DNA from: an uncultured Gammaproteobacteria bacterium
GTDB lineage: Bacteria; Patescibacteriota; Microgenomatia; UBA8517
DNA length: 64,000 nucleotides
Assembly: GCA_964431555.1 (NCBI GenBank)
Contig: CAYSJW010000005.1
Span: 15,215-79,214 of the forward strand
Direction: 5' to 3'
Shown here one piece after another: positions 1-10,004 of the stretch (position 1 is the first letter of the stretch; each line of letters starts with the position of its first letter). The notes under the pieces were generated by a model. The model did not search any database and had not been told where the DNA came from. It worked only from the letters and a program-made list of their open reading frames with translations. The position numbers and the translations under genes were made by a program.

Positions 1-747
1 GATTATTACTCCCAGGGTGATAATAATTAGTGCAAGATATTTAGTAAAACGACTAAAAAACCCACCTTCCTCTAATCCAAAAACACCGCTAAAAATATGA
101 TTCAAAGTTATAAATAAAAGGGGAACAGAAAACATCAAAGCTAAATAATTACCTGAATAAATTAAATAAAAGGAAAAAATAATAAAAACAAAAACATTTA
201 ACACATGCGTCGAAAGTCGAAATTTCTCAAGTTTTTCTTCATAAAAAACAGTCAAAAGAGAAATTATTCCAGACAAAATTAAGACAAAAGGTAAAATTGG
301 TAAAATCACCCCATCAATTTCTTTGCCTAAAAAACTTGTGCTTAAAATTTTCAGAGGCTCTATTGTCAAATAAATAAATCCAACACCCAAGCAGCAAAAA
401 AATTTATAAAGTCTAAAAAAAACAATATCTTTCCAGTTCTGTAAATATCCTGCCTCCTCTATACTAGATTTATAACTTAAATCATTTATTTTATCTAAAT
501 TAATTCCTAAATTACCTTGCTTAGAAAGACTAGCTCTCCCTTTATTTACTACAGGATTATCTTCCGTAACAATTTCTTTTTCATTACTTACCGAAATAAA
601 CGGGGCTAAAGAAAGAAAAGGAATTTTAAACCTTCCTCTACCAAACCGGCGAGCATAAAGTTTATTTTCCTTAAGATATGTATAAACAGTATTTGTTGAA
701 ACATTAAGAAGCTCTGCAGCTTCTTTAACTGAATAAAATTTTTTCAT
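1..747 (-). CDS. Membrane protein with an N-terminal excisionase/MerR-type HTH DNA-binding domain. Partial: the C-terminus lies beyond the window start.
   Basis: The reverse strand reads ATG at 747..745 then MKKFYSVKEAAELLNVSTNTVYTYLKENKLYARRFGRGRF (HTH_17-like). An uninterrupted reading frame continues to position 1 and has several hydrophobic TM stretches. It is absent from the ORF track only because it runs off the edge. Confidence 0.7.
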   Translation of the reverse strand, partial: MKKFYSVKEAAELLNVSTNTVYTYLKENKLYARRFGRGRFKIPFLSLAPFISVSNEKEIVTEDNPVVNKGRASLSKQGNLGINLDKINDLSYKSSIEEAGYLQNWKDIVFFRLYKFFCCLGVGFIYLTIEPLKILSTSFLGKEIDGVILPILPFVLILSGIISLLTVFYEEKLEKFRLSTHVLNVFVFIIFSFYLIYSGNYLALMFSVPLLFITLNHIFSGVFGLEEGGFFSRFTKYLALIIITLGVII

Positions 748-1043
748 CTGGGCAGGATTTACAAAATTCTTAAACTTTTTTTATCTCAATTTTACAAACT
801 TTTAACTGTATTAATATAAATTAAATAAAAAATTGAAAATAAAGTCAACAATCAAAAATTAAAAATATGTTGTTATTTATTACTCATTAAACTAGCTTCA
901 AAATTTAGCACAGATGAACTTATATACATAATTTTATTACTAATAACTATTATCTAAAGAACAAAATACTAGAGGCTATACTTTTGAATCTCTTTGTAAT
1001 AAAATTAAACTTGCCAATAAAAGTTTGTTTACTATAGGTTCTT

Positions 1044-1736
1044 ATGTTAAAACAAAAAGGACTCTTGAGTATAGGCGAAGCGTCAGAGTATTTAGGTGTC
1101 TCCATAGACACCCTAAGAAGGTGGGAAAAGAGAGGCAAAATTGAGTCTCTGCGCTCTCCGGGAAACCATAGATACTTTTCAGTAGAAAGTTTGGATAAAC
1201 TTTTCGGCAAAAAATATCAGCACGATATAAAAAAAACCGACAAAGAAAAGGCATTTCTCAAAAATAAAATAACTCAAATTCCAGCGGTACCCCTTGAAAG
1301 ACCTCCTTCTGATTCTTCACCCACAAATAAAAATTTTTTTCTATCTGAAGAAAAAATTATCGATAGACCGGTAAGAGAGGTTAGAATACCTCAATTAAGA
1401 CTTTTAAGAGTCATTCAGGAAAAGGAAAATATAAAAGAAGAGACCAAAGTTTTTCAAGACGAAATAAAAAGAACACAAGAAATAAAAGGCGAAAGGATAT
1501 CAACCAGCATTTTAACTCCAGAAAATCTACCATTAAATCTTCCAAGGAAAATTATCGACGATACAAGGATTGCCTCCGCAGGCTTAAACAATGAAATGAA
1601 ATTATCCGCAAAAAACACAATAAAGAAGAACCTCTTTATATACGCTGTAATAACGATAACAATTCTTATTGTTATAGCTACAATTTTCTTTATCATCGGA
1701 GCTTCATCAAGAGGTCTTTTGTCTCCAATTCCCTAA
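1044..1736 (+). CDS. Membrane-anchored MerR/excisionase-family HTH transcriptional regulator.
   Basis: N-terminus LLSIGEASEYLGVSIDTLRRWEKRGKIESLRSPGNHRYF is a MerR-type HTH motif. The C-terminus has a hydrophobic anchor LFIYAVITITILIVIATIFFIIGA. The gene is transcribed divergently from the 1..747 HTH-membrane gene. Confidence 0.7.
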   Translation: MLKQKGLLSIGEASEYLGVSIDTLRRWEKRGKIESLRSPGNHRYFSVESLDKLFGKKYQHDIKKTDKEKAFLKNKITQIPAVPLERPPSDSSPTNKNFFLSEEKIIDRPVREVRIPQLRLLRVIQEKENIKEETKVFQDEIKRTQEIKGERISTSILTPENLPLNLPRKIIDDTRIASAGLNNEMKLSAKNTIKKNLFIYAVITITILIVIATIFFIIGASSRGLLSPIP

Positions 1737-1770
1737 ATTTCTTTTAACGCCAATTTTTACACTTTATTTG

Positions 1771-1841
1771 TGGACTCAGCCAGAATCGAACTGGCGACTG
1801 GTCGATGCGAACGACCCGGTATACCACTTACCTATGAGCCC
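1771..1841 (-). tRNA. tRNA-Ala (anticodon CGC).
   Basis: Reverse complement GGGCTCATAGGTAAGTGGTATACCGGGTCGTTCGCATCGACCAGTCGCCAGTTCGATTCTGGCTGAGTCCA folds as a cloverleaf. The anticodon loop is TTCGCAT, and the acceptor stem has a G3:U70 wobble with an A discriminator, the alanine identity element. CCA is not encoded. Confidence 0.85.
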
Positions 1842-2023
1842 TTAAAAACTTTTAGCTCTTTCACCCCATTAAAAATAATATTAAACTATAACACTTTGAT
1901 TCCACTCCTATTCGAGGTTCTATCCAAGATCTCACAATAAACAAATTAGATTACAAAAAAACTTTTTTTTCTAAATTTAAGCTCAATTTTTAAGTTAAAG
2001 TTTTAGACTCAAATTATAATAAT

Positions 2024-3298
2024 TTATTTAAGAACATTTAAAGGATTTAAATAAGTACCATCTTTGATAATTTCGAAGTGCAAATGTGTACCTGTTGACC
2101 TTCCTGTCGAACCCATCTTCCCTATAGCTGAACCTCTGGTAACAGTTTGCCCTGCAACAACATAAATACTAGAAAGATGAGCATACAATGTTTTATATCC
2201 ATTCCCATGATCAATAACCACCCTATTTCCATAACCATAGTTATCAGGCCATCCTGCCACAATTACCTTTCCCGAGTCAGCGGCAAGAACATTAGGAGCT
2301 GATTTATTAGCTATATCAACACCCTTATGATACCAAGCAAAGTACTGTGAAATTGATCCGCTAGCCGGCCAAACAAAAGTACCGGAAGCAACAACCGTAC
2401 CAGCATCCGGAGTAATTTGTCTTACTCTCGGAGCAGTCTTTTGACTGGGTTTAACTCCATCAGGAACAATTATTGTTTGACCTATTGCCAACTCAAACGT
2501 CTCGTCATTAACAAAGGTATTGAAGGGAAAGTCAACAATTGACTGGGGAGAGGTATCATATTTTTTGGCAATAGAATAAACAGTATCCCCTTTTACGACT
2601 CTATGAGAAATACCAGAAACAGGTAAAATCTCCAAAATTTGTCCGGGTTTAATTTTATCCTTTTCATTTAGGTTATTCTGCCAAAGAATTGTGTTTGCTG
2701 AAACACCAAATTTATTAGCAATAGATGATATTGTATCTCCCTCCTGAACTTTATATTCAATGATTTTATCTCTAGTTTTTTCTGAAATATCAGTAGATAT
2801 CCCCGAATTTTCAACCGAAGCTGATACAACAGTAAAAGATGGAGCAACATTCCAAGGGTCTATTTTTTCGCTGGGAAATTCATTGGCAACAACCGGAGCT
2901 ATCATTACACCGAAGGCAGCTAAAAATGCCATACTCGAATGCACAAAACGTTTTGCATACTTTCCCCTCTGACGGTACAAAAGTGCTGCCAGAATACTTT
3001 TTCCGTTTTCAAACCTTATAAAAGTAAGGTGAAGAATTTTCAAAAGATAATCTGTGAGCTCAGATAAAAAAAGATTTAGATAATCAAAAAATAAAGCTAT
3101 TATTTTTGAAAACTTAGAAAGTTTAGCCAAAAGCTCGTAATCAGAAGCAAGCCCATTTAAATTTAAGGTCTTCTTTTTATCAACCAAAAAATTTCTATTT
3201 GAAAATAGTTGAGCCTTAGCTTTCTCACCCGAATTTAACTTAACCATAAAAGCCAATTTACAGCTTTTGACAATAGCACATATTGAGTCAGAGGTCAA
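2024..3298 (-). CDS. Peptidase M23 family metalloendopeptidase with two LysM domains. A later start near 2932 (MAFLAAFGVMIAPVVA signal/anchor) is plausible.
   Basis: The C-terminus GYGNRVVIDHGNGYKTLYAHL...GSTGRSTGTHLHFEI is the M23 (LytM) catalytic core. LysM-like segments are YKVQEGDTISSIANKFGVS and HRVVKGDTVYSIAKKYDTS. The first ~120 codons are low-complexity and may be non-coding. Confidence 0.85.
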   Translation of the reverse strand: MTSDSICAIVKSCKLAFMVKLNSGEKAKAQLFSNRNFLVDKKKTLNLNGLASDYELLAKLSKFSKIIALFFDYLNLFLSELTDYLLKILHLTFIRFENGKSILAALLYRQRGKYAKRFVHSSMAFLAAFGVMIAPVVANEFPSEKIDPWNVAPSFTVVSASVENSGISTDISEKTRDKIIEYKVQEGDTISSIANKFGVSANTILWQNNLNEKDKIKPGQILEILPVSGISHRVVKGDTVYSIAKKYDTSPQSIVDFPFNTFVNDETFELAIGQTIIVPDGVKPSQKTAPRVRQITPDAGTVVASGTFVWPASGSISQYFAWYHKGVDIANKSAPNVLAADSGKVIVAGWPDNYGYGNRVVIDHGNGYKTLYAHLSSIYVVAGQTVTRGSAIGKMGSTGRSTGTHLHFEIIKDGTYLNPLNVLK

Positions 3299-3348
3299 AT
3301 TTCTTTGAGGATAAAATTATTTACTCAATTACATTCAGCAAGTCTAGT

Positions 3349-4731
3349 TCAGATAACCTTCAAACTTTCAAGAAACTCTTTATTGTTTTCAGTTTTTGAA
3401 AGCCTCCCAAGCAAAGTTTCTGTTCTTTCATCCTCTGGTACCATATCAAGCATCCTCCTTAAGGTATATATATTTTGTAAAATATCCTTACCATATAAAA
3501 GCTCTTCCTGACGAGTACTACTTCTTGTTACATCAATGGCAGGAAATATTCTCCTCTCTGCAAGTCTTCGTATTAAGTGAAGTTCCATATTGCCTGTACC
3601 TTTGAATTCCTCATAAATTAGATCATCCATTCTACTTCCTGTATCTACAAGGCATGTACCAATAATCGTTAAGGAACCGCCGTTTTCAATTTTTCTAGCA
3701 GCACCAAAAAATTTCTTGGCGGGATATAAAGCTGCCGGATCGAAACCACCCGTCAATGTTCTCCCGGAAGTCGGAAGAGCAAGATTATATGCTCTTGCCA
3801 TACGGGTGATCGAATCAAGAACTATTACCACATCAAAACCATTTTCTACCAACCTCTTTGCTCTTTCCAAAGCTACTTCTCCTACAGCTGTTTGAGCTTC
3901 GGGAGGTTCATCAAAATTACTGGCTGCAACCTCGCCCTTTCCACCCGTAACGCTCCTCATGTGCATATTTATATCGGTTACTTCCTCCGGTCTCTCACCA
4001 ATAAGCACTGCCATTAAATGAACAGATCTTTCCTCCTTTCTTTTAATCCTACCTTCAATATAATTTTTAGCTATACCTGCAATAATATCCTTAATAAGCC
4101 ATGTTTTCCCAGCTTTAGGTGCCGAAACAATAAGCCCTCTTTGTCCAAACCCAATTGGTGATATAAGATCAATTACTCTGGTTGTCAAAGTTTCTTTATC
4201 AGTTGACAAAACAATATGCTCATTCGGATAAATTGCAACCAGATCGTCAAAAAAAGGTCTATCCCCGATCTCTTCAATAGGAACGCCATTGACTTTTTCG
4301 ACTTTTAAAAGCCCCCAGTAACGTTCATTTTCCTTTGGGCGACGGGCTTGACCTCCAACCCAATCACCCACCCTCAAACTAAATCTCCTTATCTGACTAC
4401 CAGAAATATATATATCCTTATCCGAAGAATGAAATTTAGGTCTCAACAAACCTGAACCCTCATTTGCTATATCCAAAACACCCTCCACATATTCAGTTGG
4501 AAGTCCAGAATCAGGCAAAACTCTGTCGTCCACCACTAAAGAACCTTTGTTTGAAGAGCTATACACCAAAGGTTTTTGTTCTATCTGAGACAAACTGTTA
4601 TCAGGTTGAGACAAAGAAACAGTCTTCTCCTCATTATTATCTTGGCTTTTCTCGACAAGTTCGCTATCTTCTTTACTAGCCTTAATATCCTTTATCCTGC
4701 GAGAAACCCTTTTGCTAGTTCTTATCGGCAT
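3349..4731 (-). CDS. rho: Transcription termination factor Rho.
   Basis: Motifs RFSLRVGDWVGGQARRPKENERY (RNA-binding CSD-like), GQRGLIVSAPKAGKT (Walker A) and DSITRMARAYN; 460 aa. Confidence 0.95.
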   Translation of the reverse strand: MPIRTSKRVSRRIKDIKASKEDSELVEKSQDNNEEKTVSLSQPDNSLSQIEQKPLVYSSSNKGSLVVDDRVLPDSGLPTEYVEGVLDIANEGSGLLRPKFHSSDKDIYISGSQIRRFSLRVGDWVGGQARRPKENERYWGLLKVEKVNGVPIEEIGDRPFFDDLVAIYPNEHIVLSTDKETLTTRVIDLISPIGFGQRGLIVSAPKAGKTWLIKDIIAGIAKNYIEGRIKRKEERSVHLMAVLIGERPEEVTDINMHMRSVTGGKGEVAASNFDEPPEAQTAVGEVALERAKRLVENGFDVVIVLDSITRMARAYNLALPTSGRTLTGGFDPAALYPAKKFFGAARKIENGGSLTIIGTCLVDTGSRMDDLIYEEFKGTGNMELHLIRRLAERRIFPAIDVTRSSTRQEELLYGKDILQNIYTLRRMLDMVPEDERTETLLGRLSKTENNKEFLESLKVI

Positions 4732-4998
4732 AATCTAATACACATAAACAAAAAAAAGAAGCAGATTAAACTCTTGATAAAATTTTAATTAAAAATAAAC
4801 TTGAACATTTAAAATCCTGCAAGGAAACCTTTCTTAAGAAGGGAACAAGTGTATTTTATATACCTTTCATCCCTTTTGTCAACAAGATTATTGTCTAAAG
4901 TATATTTTTTGAAAAAATCCAAGAAAAATAACGGCATTTTTTTGCTTTTATAAGTAAATTTTTTAAATAACCTTTTTCAAAAATAAAGACAAAAAATA

Positions 4999-5724
4999 TC
5001 AAACAGGTTTAGCAAATACAAGTAATCTATTCCAATTTGTACCAGGCGGATCGCAAGTCATTAAAATCAATCTTTCCTGATTACTTCCGGTTTGAAGCCA
5101 AGAGGTGTCTGAAGGCTTGGCGATTAATTTTTCCACCACCTTATATTCATATTTATTGTCGGCGAAAAAAATAATAATTTCATCCCCACTCTCAAGTTTG
5201 TTAAGGAGATAAAAAATAGCATTAAAACGAGCAAAATTTAAGGGAGAATTGGTAGAATGAGAAAATAAAAAAATATCAGCTCCTTGGCCGGGAAAATAAG
5301 AACCTTTGGCATGAGCTACTCCCTTTTTTAAGGCGTCAAGATACTCTTTCTCATTTGCCGTATCAACATTGGCAATTATATTAGATACTGCCCCAATTTT
5401 GGGCACAACAATGGAAAAATAGGAGGAAACTCCATATGATAATGCCTCCTTTTGGATTTTAGCTCTTCTTTCTTCGTCTGCATCCACAGAGACAGGCAAC
5501 GAGTTACTATCCTTTAAAGTGTTTTTACCCAGTTTATATTCCAATTCTTCTTTAATAAGAGGTCCAAAGGACAAAATCATTAAAATTAAAACAAAAGACA
5601 ATATTACCACTCCCAATAACCTCACAAGATGATAAAAAAGCCTAATTAACGCAGGAAGAGTTAAGATTAAATCACCGTGCTGTTTGAATCTTTTTTTACT
5701 GTATATTGTCCCTTTGGGTCGCAT
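4999..5724 (-). CDS. Sortase family transpeptidase.
   Basis: N-terminal TM anchor, His-region LFSHSTN, catalytic LILMTCDP (TLxTC motif) and C-terminal conserved Arg (NRLLVFA). It lies immediately downstream of an LPXTG-bearing gene on the same strand. Confidence 0.7.
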   Translation of the reverse strand: MRPKGTIYSKKRFKQHGDLILTLPALIRLFYHLVRLLGVVILSFVLILMILSFGPLIKEELEYKLGKNTLKDSNSLPVSVDADEERRAKIQKEALSYGVSSYFSIVVPKIGAVSNIIANVDTANEKEYLDALKKGVAHAKGSYFPGQGADIFLFSHSTNSPLNFARFNAIFYLLNKLESGDEIIIFFADNKYEYKVVEKLIAKPSDTSWLQTGSNQERLILMTCDPPGTNWNRLLVFAKPV

Positions 5725-5780
5725 TTTAAAAAATATTAATCTAACAACACAAAAACCTAAACCCGGTTATTTCTAGGTTT

Positions 5781-6659
5781 TCAAACCAACCTGAAGCGTT
5801 TATAAAGATAATATCCCAAAGGTAAAAGACCAACAATCAAAAATAAAACACTTCCTGTCGAGGGTAGTTTACTTGTAGCTCCGAGTACCGCTGGTACAGA
5901 ATTACCACAAACAGCATCTCCACAATCTCCAATACTACAAACTTTAAAATAAATATTACCCTTGGGAACAAAATTAATTACCACTTCAGTAGTATCATGT
6001 CCATACACCTCTGTGTACCATAGCAAATTATCAGGACTTGTGCCATAGTGAATACCATATTTTTGCGAATGGCCATCTGTGACAATCCAGGTAATCTTAA
6101 TCGAATCATCATCAATTCTCGTTAGATTTCCGGCAGAATACAAAGGAGCTAAAGAAACAGAAGGAGAATTACAAACAGGAGCCGATGGTGGAGTAAGACC
6201 TCTAGTTGGCGTGGGAGTTGGAATTAAAGTTGGAGTTGGATTAGCGCAAACAGATTCACTATTTTTAGCCAGATACATGTGATCACCCAAATTCCAGACA
6301 AGACCATTCTCATAAAACCAACCCTTTGAAATATAATATTCAATATCAGATTGATTCAAACCATCAGCCAACCACCAATTAGTCTGAATTCCCGAAACAC
6401 CCTCAACCGGACAATAACATTGGATATAATTTCCGCCCACCTGAGAATATACGTTATCCGAACCCTCCAAAAGACCATCTCCCAATATTTGATGAGTACC
6501 AAATTCATAACTTGCAACATCACCTGGAGTTCCATATAAAGACTGACAAGTTGCAAATGAAGGAGGATAAACTGTTTGCGCTAAAACCAATCTTGGAAAC
6601 AAATAAAAAAACAACTGAAAAACTAAAGCTACAAAAAGGGATGATCTCTTAATATTCAT
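5781..6659 (-). CDS. Secreted cell-surface protein with a C-terminal LPXTG sorting signal (putative sortase substrate).
   Basis: N-terminal signal peptide (MNIKRSSLFVALVFQLFFYLFPRLVLAQT) and a PTPTLIPTPTPT linker. The C-terminus is KLPSTGSVLFLIVGLLPLGYYLYKRFRLV: LPSTG, a hydrophobic stretch and a basic tail. Confidence 0.7.
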   Translation of the reverse strand: MNIKRSSLFVALVFQLFFYLFPRLVLAQTVYPPSFATCQSLYGTPGDVASYEFGTHQILGDGLLEGSDNVYSQVGGNYIQCYCPVEGVSGIQTNWWLADGLNQSDIEYYISKGWFYENGLVWNLGDHMYLAKNSESVCANPTPTLIPTPTPTRGLTPPSAPVCNSPSVSLAPLYSAGNLTRIDDDSIKITWIVTDGHSQKYGIHYGTSPDNLLWYTEVYGHDTTEVVINFVPKGNIYFKVCSIGDCGDAVCGNSVPAVLGATSKLPSTGSVLFLIVGLLPLGYYLYKRFRLV

Positions 6660-6831
6660 TATTAATGGGGCAGATCCAAATAACTTTGAAGCGATTATAT
6701 ATCACATGCTATAAGTTGTCAATTATTCATAATTTAATTTCATTTTTGAAAATTATAGGAGATATTTATAAGAAAAAATCCGATATGCTATTACAAAATT
6801 TCTAACTATTAAGATTACAAATTTATCTAAT

Positions 6832-6899
6832 CCTTAACAAACAAAAAATCGGCTTCAAAAGGAACGGGTAGAGCGCCTGCCCTACACTCCACCCGTCCC
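6832..6899 (-). terminator. Long hairpin followed by a T-run on the minus strand; intrinsic-terminator-like, or the 3' end of a small RNA.
   Basis: Plus-strand caaaaaatc-GGCTTCAAAAGGAACGGGT-(21 nt loop)-ACCCGTCCCTTTCAAAGCC. On the minus strand the ~19-bp stem is followed by GATTTTTTG. It lies 330 nt downstream of radA in a 570-bp AT-rich intergenic region. Confidence 0.4.
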
Positions 6900-7229
6900 T
6901 TTCAAAGCCGAAATAAACTCTTGACAAAACGGGTTAAAAAGTTCTAGTCTTTAAAAGTACTGTTTGTCTTATCTTTAGCCTGCTCTTAAGACAAGCCTCT
7001 GCCTTTAATTCTTCAAAAGAAAATTTTTTCTTTTTAACAGTTCACCTAAAGTTTATCATTGTTTGTCAATCATGTCAAATCCCATAATATTAAAATAATA
7101 AAATTATCATAGACCTATAGTATAAATGAGATAAAATTATGCCTATAATTCGGGATTAATTAATATCATTAAAAATGAAAAAATAAATGTGGATAAAATG
7201 TTATCAATAAAAATACGCCGCCTCTTTAA

Positions 7230-8627
7230 CTACTTTAATCGAAAATATTTTCTTATTGCATCCTGGAGGTACTTTATATTATTACTCGAAATTACATTAT
7301 TATAACCCAACCTTTTTGCCTCCCTTATTCTCTTTTCCTGAGCAATAACTTCTCTTACATCACCCAAAAGTCCCAACTCTCCCAAAGCGAGTAATCTTGA
7401 AGGTAACGGTCTATCAAAAAATGAGGAAGCACAAGAAAGAGCGATAGCCAAATCAATGGACGGGTCATTCTTTACCGTTATACCGCCTGCCAGATTTACA
7501 AACACATCCTGTTCATAAAATGGAATACCACATCTTTTCGTCAAAACTGCCAAAATAAGTTCAAGTCTTTTTAAATCAAATCCCTGAGAAATCCTTTTAG
7601 GAAATGCCATTTTTGTTGAAACAATCAAGGATTGAACTTCTATTAAAATCGGTCTTGTCCCCTGGATGATACAGGATGTTATATTTCCTGCGAAGTTCCC
7701 TTTTTGACTGCCAATAAATATTTTTTCAGGATCAACTACCGAAATAAGTCCCTTGTCCTCCATATAAAACACCCCAACTTCATCTGTTGGACCGAAACGA
7801 TTTTTGACAGCTCTAAGTAGCCTAAAAGTTAAACTTTTGTCACCCTCAAACCACAAGACTGTATCAACGATATGCATCAAAACAGATGGACCTGCAACGG
7901 TACCTTCTTTGGTAACATGACCAACAATAAAAACAGGTACATTCTTTTCCTTAGCCAATCTAACCAATCTGTAAGCGCATTCTCTCACCTGCCCGACCGA
8001 TCCCGCCATTCCTGATAGATCATCCGTTGTCATTGTTTGAATAGAATCTATAATAACTGCCTCTAGCTTCCTATCATTTGAAGAGAGATTATTGGCAGTC
8101 TCTATTATCAAATCTATATCTGTCCCCTCGAGAAGTTTTAAATTGCTATTTTCAATACCCAACCTATCGGCTCTAATCTTTACCTGAGTAACAGATTCCT
8201 CCCCAGAAACATACAAAACCTGAGAAAATGAACTTATAGACTTTTTTTTAGATCTAGCAGTTAAACTTTTTGTATGACTACTTAACTTATCGGCTACCTG
8301 AAGCAAAAGCGTAGACTTTCCTATACCGGGCTCACCTGCTATTAAAATCACCTGACCAGACACCAAACCTCCTCCCAAAACTCTGTCAAGTTCCGGAATT
8401 TTCGTTGAAATTCTCAAAGTAGATTTAGTAGCAATAGACGATAAAGAGACTAATTTAATTTCCCCTTTTGATATACTTGATTTTTCACTTTTTATTTTTG
8501 ATTTTTCTGAAACAATACTTTCAACTGCCGTATTCCACTTGTTACAGGAAGGGCATCTTCCAAACCAACGAAGCTGTTCGTAACCACACTGCTGGCACAC
8601 ATAGTTGGAAACAACTTTAGCCATCAA
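7230..8627 (-). CDS. radA: DNA repair protein RadA/Sms.
   Basis: N-terminal C4 zinc finger CQQCGYEQLRWFGRCPSCNKWNT, Walker A GEPGIGKSTLLLQ, KNRFG motif and a Lon-like C-terminal domain. It contains an in-frame low-complexity insert KSKIKSEKSS encoded by (ATCAAAA)-type repeats near 8466..8505. Confidence 0.95.
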   Translation of the reverse strand: MMAKVVSNYVCQQCGYEQLRWFGRCPSCNKWNTAVESIVSEKSKIKSEKSSISKGEIKLVSLSSIATKSTLRISTKIPELDRVLGGGLVSGQVILIAGEPGIGKSTLLLQVADKLSSHTKSLTARSKKKSISSFSQVLYVSGEESVTQVKIRADRLGIENSNLKLLEGTDIDLIIETANNLSSNDRKLEAVIIDSIQTMTTDDLSGMAGSVGQVRECAYRLVRLAKEKNVPVFIVGHVTKEGTVAGPSVLMHIVDTVLWFEGDKSLTFRLLRAVKNRFGPTDEVGVFYMEDKGLISVVDPEKIFIGSQKGNFAGNITSCIIQGTRPILIEVQSLIVSTKMAFPKRISQGFDLKRLELILAVLTKRCGIPFYEQDVFVNLAGGITVKNDPSIDLAIALSCASSFFDRPLPSRLLALGELGLLGDVREVIAQEKRIREAKRLGYNNVISSNNIKYLQDAIRKYFRLK

Positions 8628-8668
8628 CTAGGATTTTAGACAGAAAAACAAAAATTGTAAACTGAAGG

Positions 8669-9880
8669 TTATTTATAACCTACCGGCTTTGCGGTCAAAA
8701 CAAGTCCTAATGAAAGTTTTTTAGTTTTATCATCTATATCCTCCACATAAACTCTAATTTCCTCACCTTTCTGCAACTTTCTATCGGGAGGAATTTTGGT
8801 AATATGAACCAAACCTTCAACACCAGGCTCAAGTGCAACAAAAACTCCAAAATCAGAAACCTTTACCACCCTCCCCTGATATTCTTTCTCTTTTTCATAC
8901 TTTTCCTTTATTTTATCCCAAGGATCTTCTTGAGTCTGTTTTATAGAAAAAGCAAGCTTACCATCCCTTTTTCCAATTAATCTTACCTTTACCTTATCAC
9001 CGACATTCATAACATTTGAAACTTTTTCAATCTTAGACCAACCAAGCTCAGAAACATGCACTAACCCCTCAATAGGTACTTTCTTCTCTCCTTTGCCGAC
9101 CTGAATTTTTACAAAACAACCAAAATCATAAATCGTCGTGACTTCCCCTTCAAAAATATCACCTACCTTCAAATCCTTAATTACATTTCTTATCCTATCA
9201 AGTTCCTGCTTTTCAGAAACTTCTTTCTCTGAAAAAACTACCTTCTTAAACTCTCTGTCAAAATCAATAACCGCCACCATTATTTTTTTCCCAATAAGTC
9301 CTTGAGGATTTTTTGCGGCTTCTTTACCTAATTGAGTCAGCGGTACAAACCCCATTAGTCCCAAAAAAGTTACAGTCAAACCCGATCCAACAACTCCCTT
9401 AACTTCAACTTCCAGAGGTGTCAAATCCTCTTTAGCTTTTTCAATCTTTTTCCATAGGGCGTCTTCAGCTGAATGTCTTAAAGATAAGATTGTATAACCA
9501 TCGGGAGTTTCTGGAACAAGAACAGTTCCCTCAACCTCATCCCCTAAAGAGAGAGTTTTTATATAATCTTCAGCTTCTTTATATGCTCTTTCGGCAACCA
9601 AACCTTCGGTTTTAGCTCCAATATCCAAAATGAGCTTGCCTTTTGACTTTTCTTTGACTATTCCTTTGATTTTATTTCCAACACCAATACTCGTGAACTT
9701 CGCTCCGTAAAGAGAAAGAAGCTCTTCCATTGTCTGAGGTTCTTTCTTGGAAGATTTAGAAACTTTTAACTTTTTGTTATCTTCTTTAGCTTTTTTTACT
9801 ATTTTTGGCTTCCTTTCCGCCACCTTGCATAACCACCTTTCTAAATTAACTATAACTATTATACCTCTCAAACATATCAC
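8669..9880 (-). CDS. rpsA: 30S ribosomal protein S1, a short form with ~4 S1 domains. The true start may be the internal MEELLSLYGAKF.
   Basis: Repeated S1 RNA-binding domains (e.g. GDKVKVRLIGKRDGKLAFSIKQTQEDPW; GEEIRVYVEDIDDKTKKLSLG). It lies directly downstream of 5S rRNA on the same strand. Confidence 0.85.
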   Translation of the reverse strand: MICLRGIIVIVNLERWLCKVAERKPKIVKKAKEDNKKLKVSKSSKKEPQTMEELLSLYGAKFTSIGVGNKIKGIVKEKSKGKLILDIGAKTEGLVAERAYKEAEDYIKTLSLGDEVEGTVLVPETPDGYTILSLRHSAEDALWKKIEKAKEDLTPLEVEVKGVVGSGLTVTFLGLMGFVPLTQLGKEAAKNPQGLIGKKIMVAVIDFDREFKKVVFSEKEVSEKQELDRIRNVIKDLKVGDIFEGEVTTIYDFGCFVKIQVGKGEKKVPIEGLVHVSELGWSKIEKVSNVMNVGDKVKVRLIGKRDGKLAFSIKQTQEDPWDKIKEKYEKEKEYQGRVVKVSDFGVFVALEPGVEGLVHITKIPPDRKLQKGEEIRVYVEDIDDKTKKLSLGLVLTAKPVGYK

Positions 9881-10004
9881 TCACAACAGGCATTATTTTA
9901 TTCAGAAAACATAAAAGATTTGTAAAATTTAAATTAAAAAATTAAAACCAGCACGCTGAATCAAGTAAATATTATTCATAAAACTTTCTGGGAGTTAAAT
10001 TTAT

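Noticed and set aside
2933-3298. The N-terminal 122 codons of the M23 peptidase ORF as a genuine domain.
   Set aside because: The segment is Leu/Phe/Lys-rich low-complexity, typical of AT-rich non-coding translation. A canonical hydrophobic anchor (MAFLAAFGVMIAPVVA) follows, so the real start is probably near 2932. This is unresolved, so the full ORF is reported with a note.
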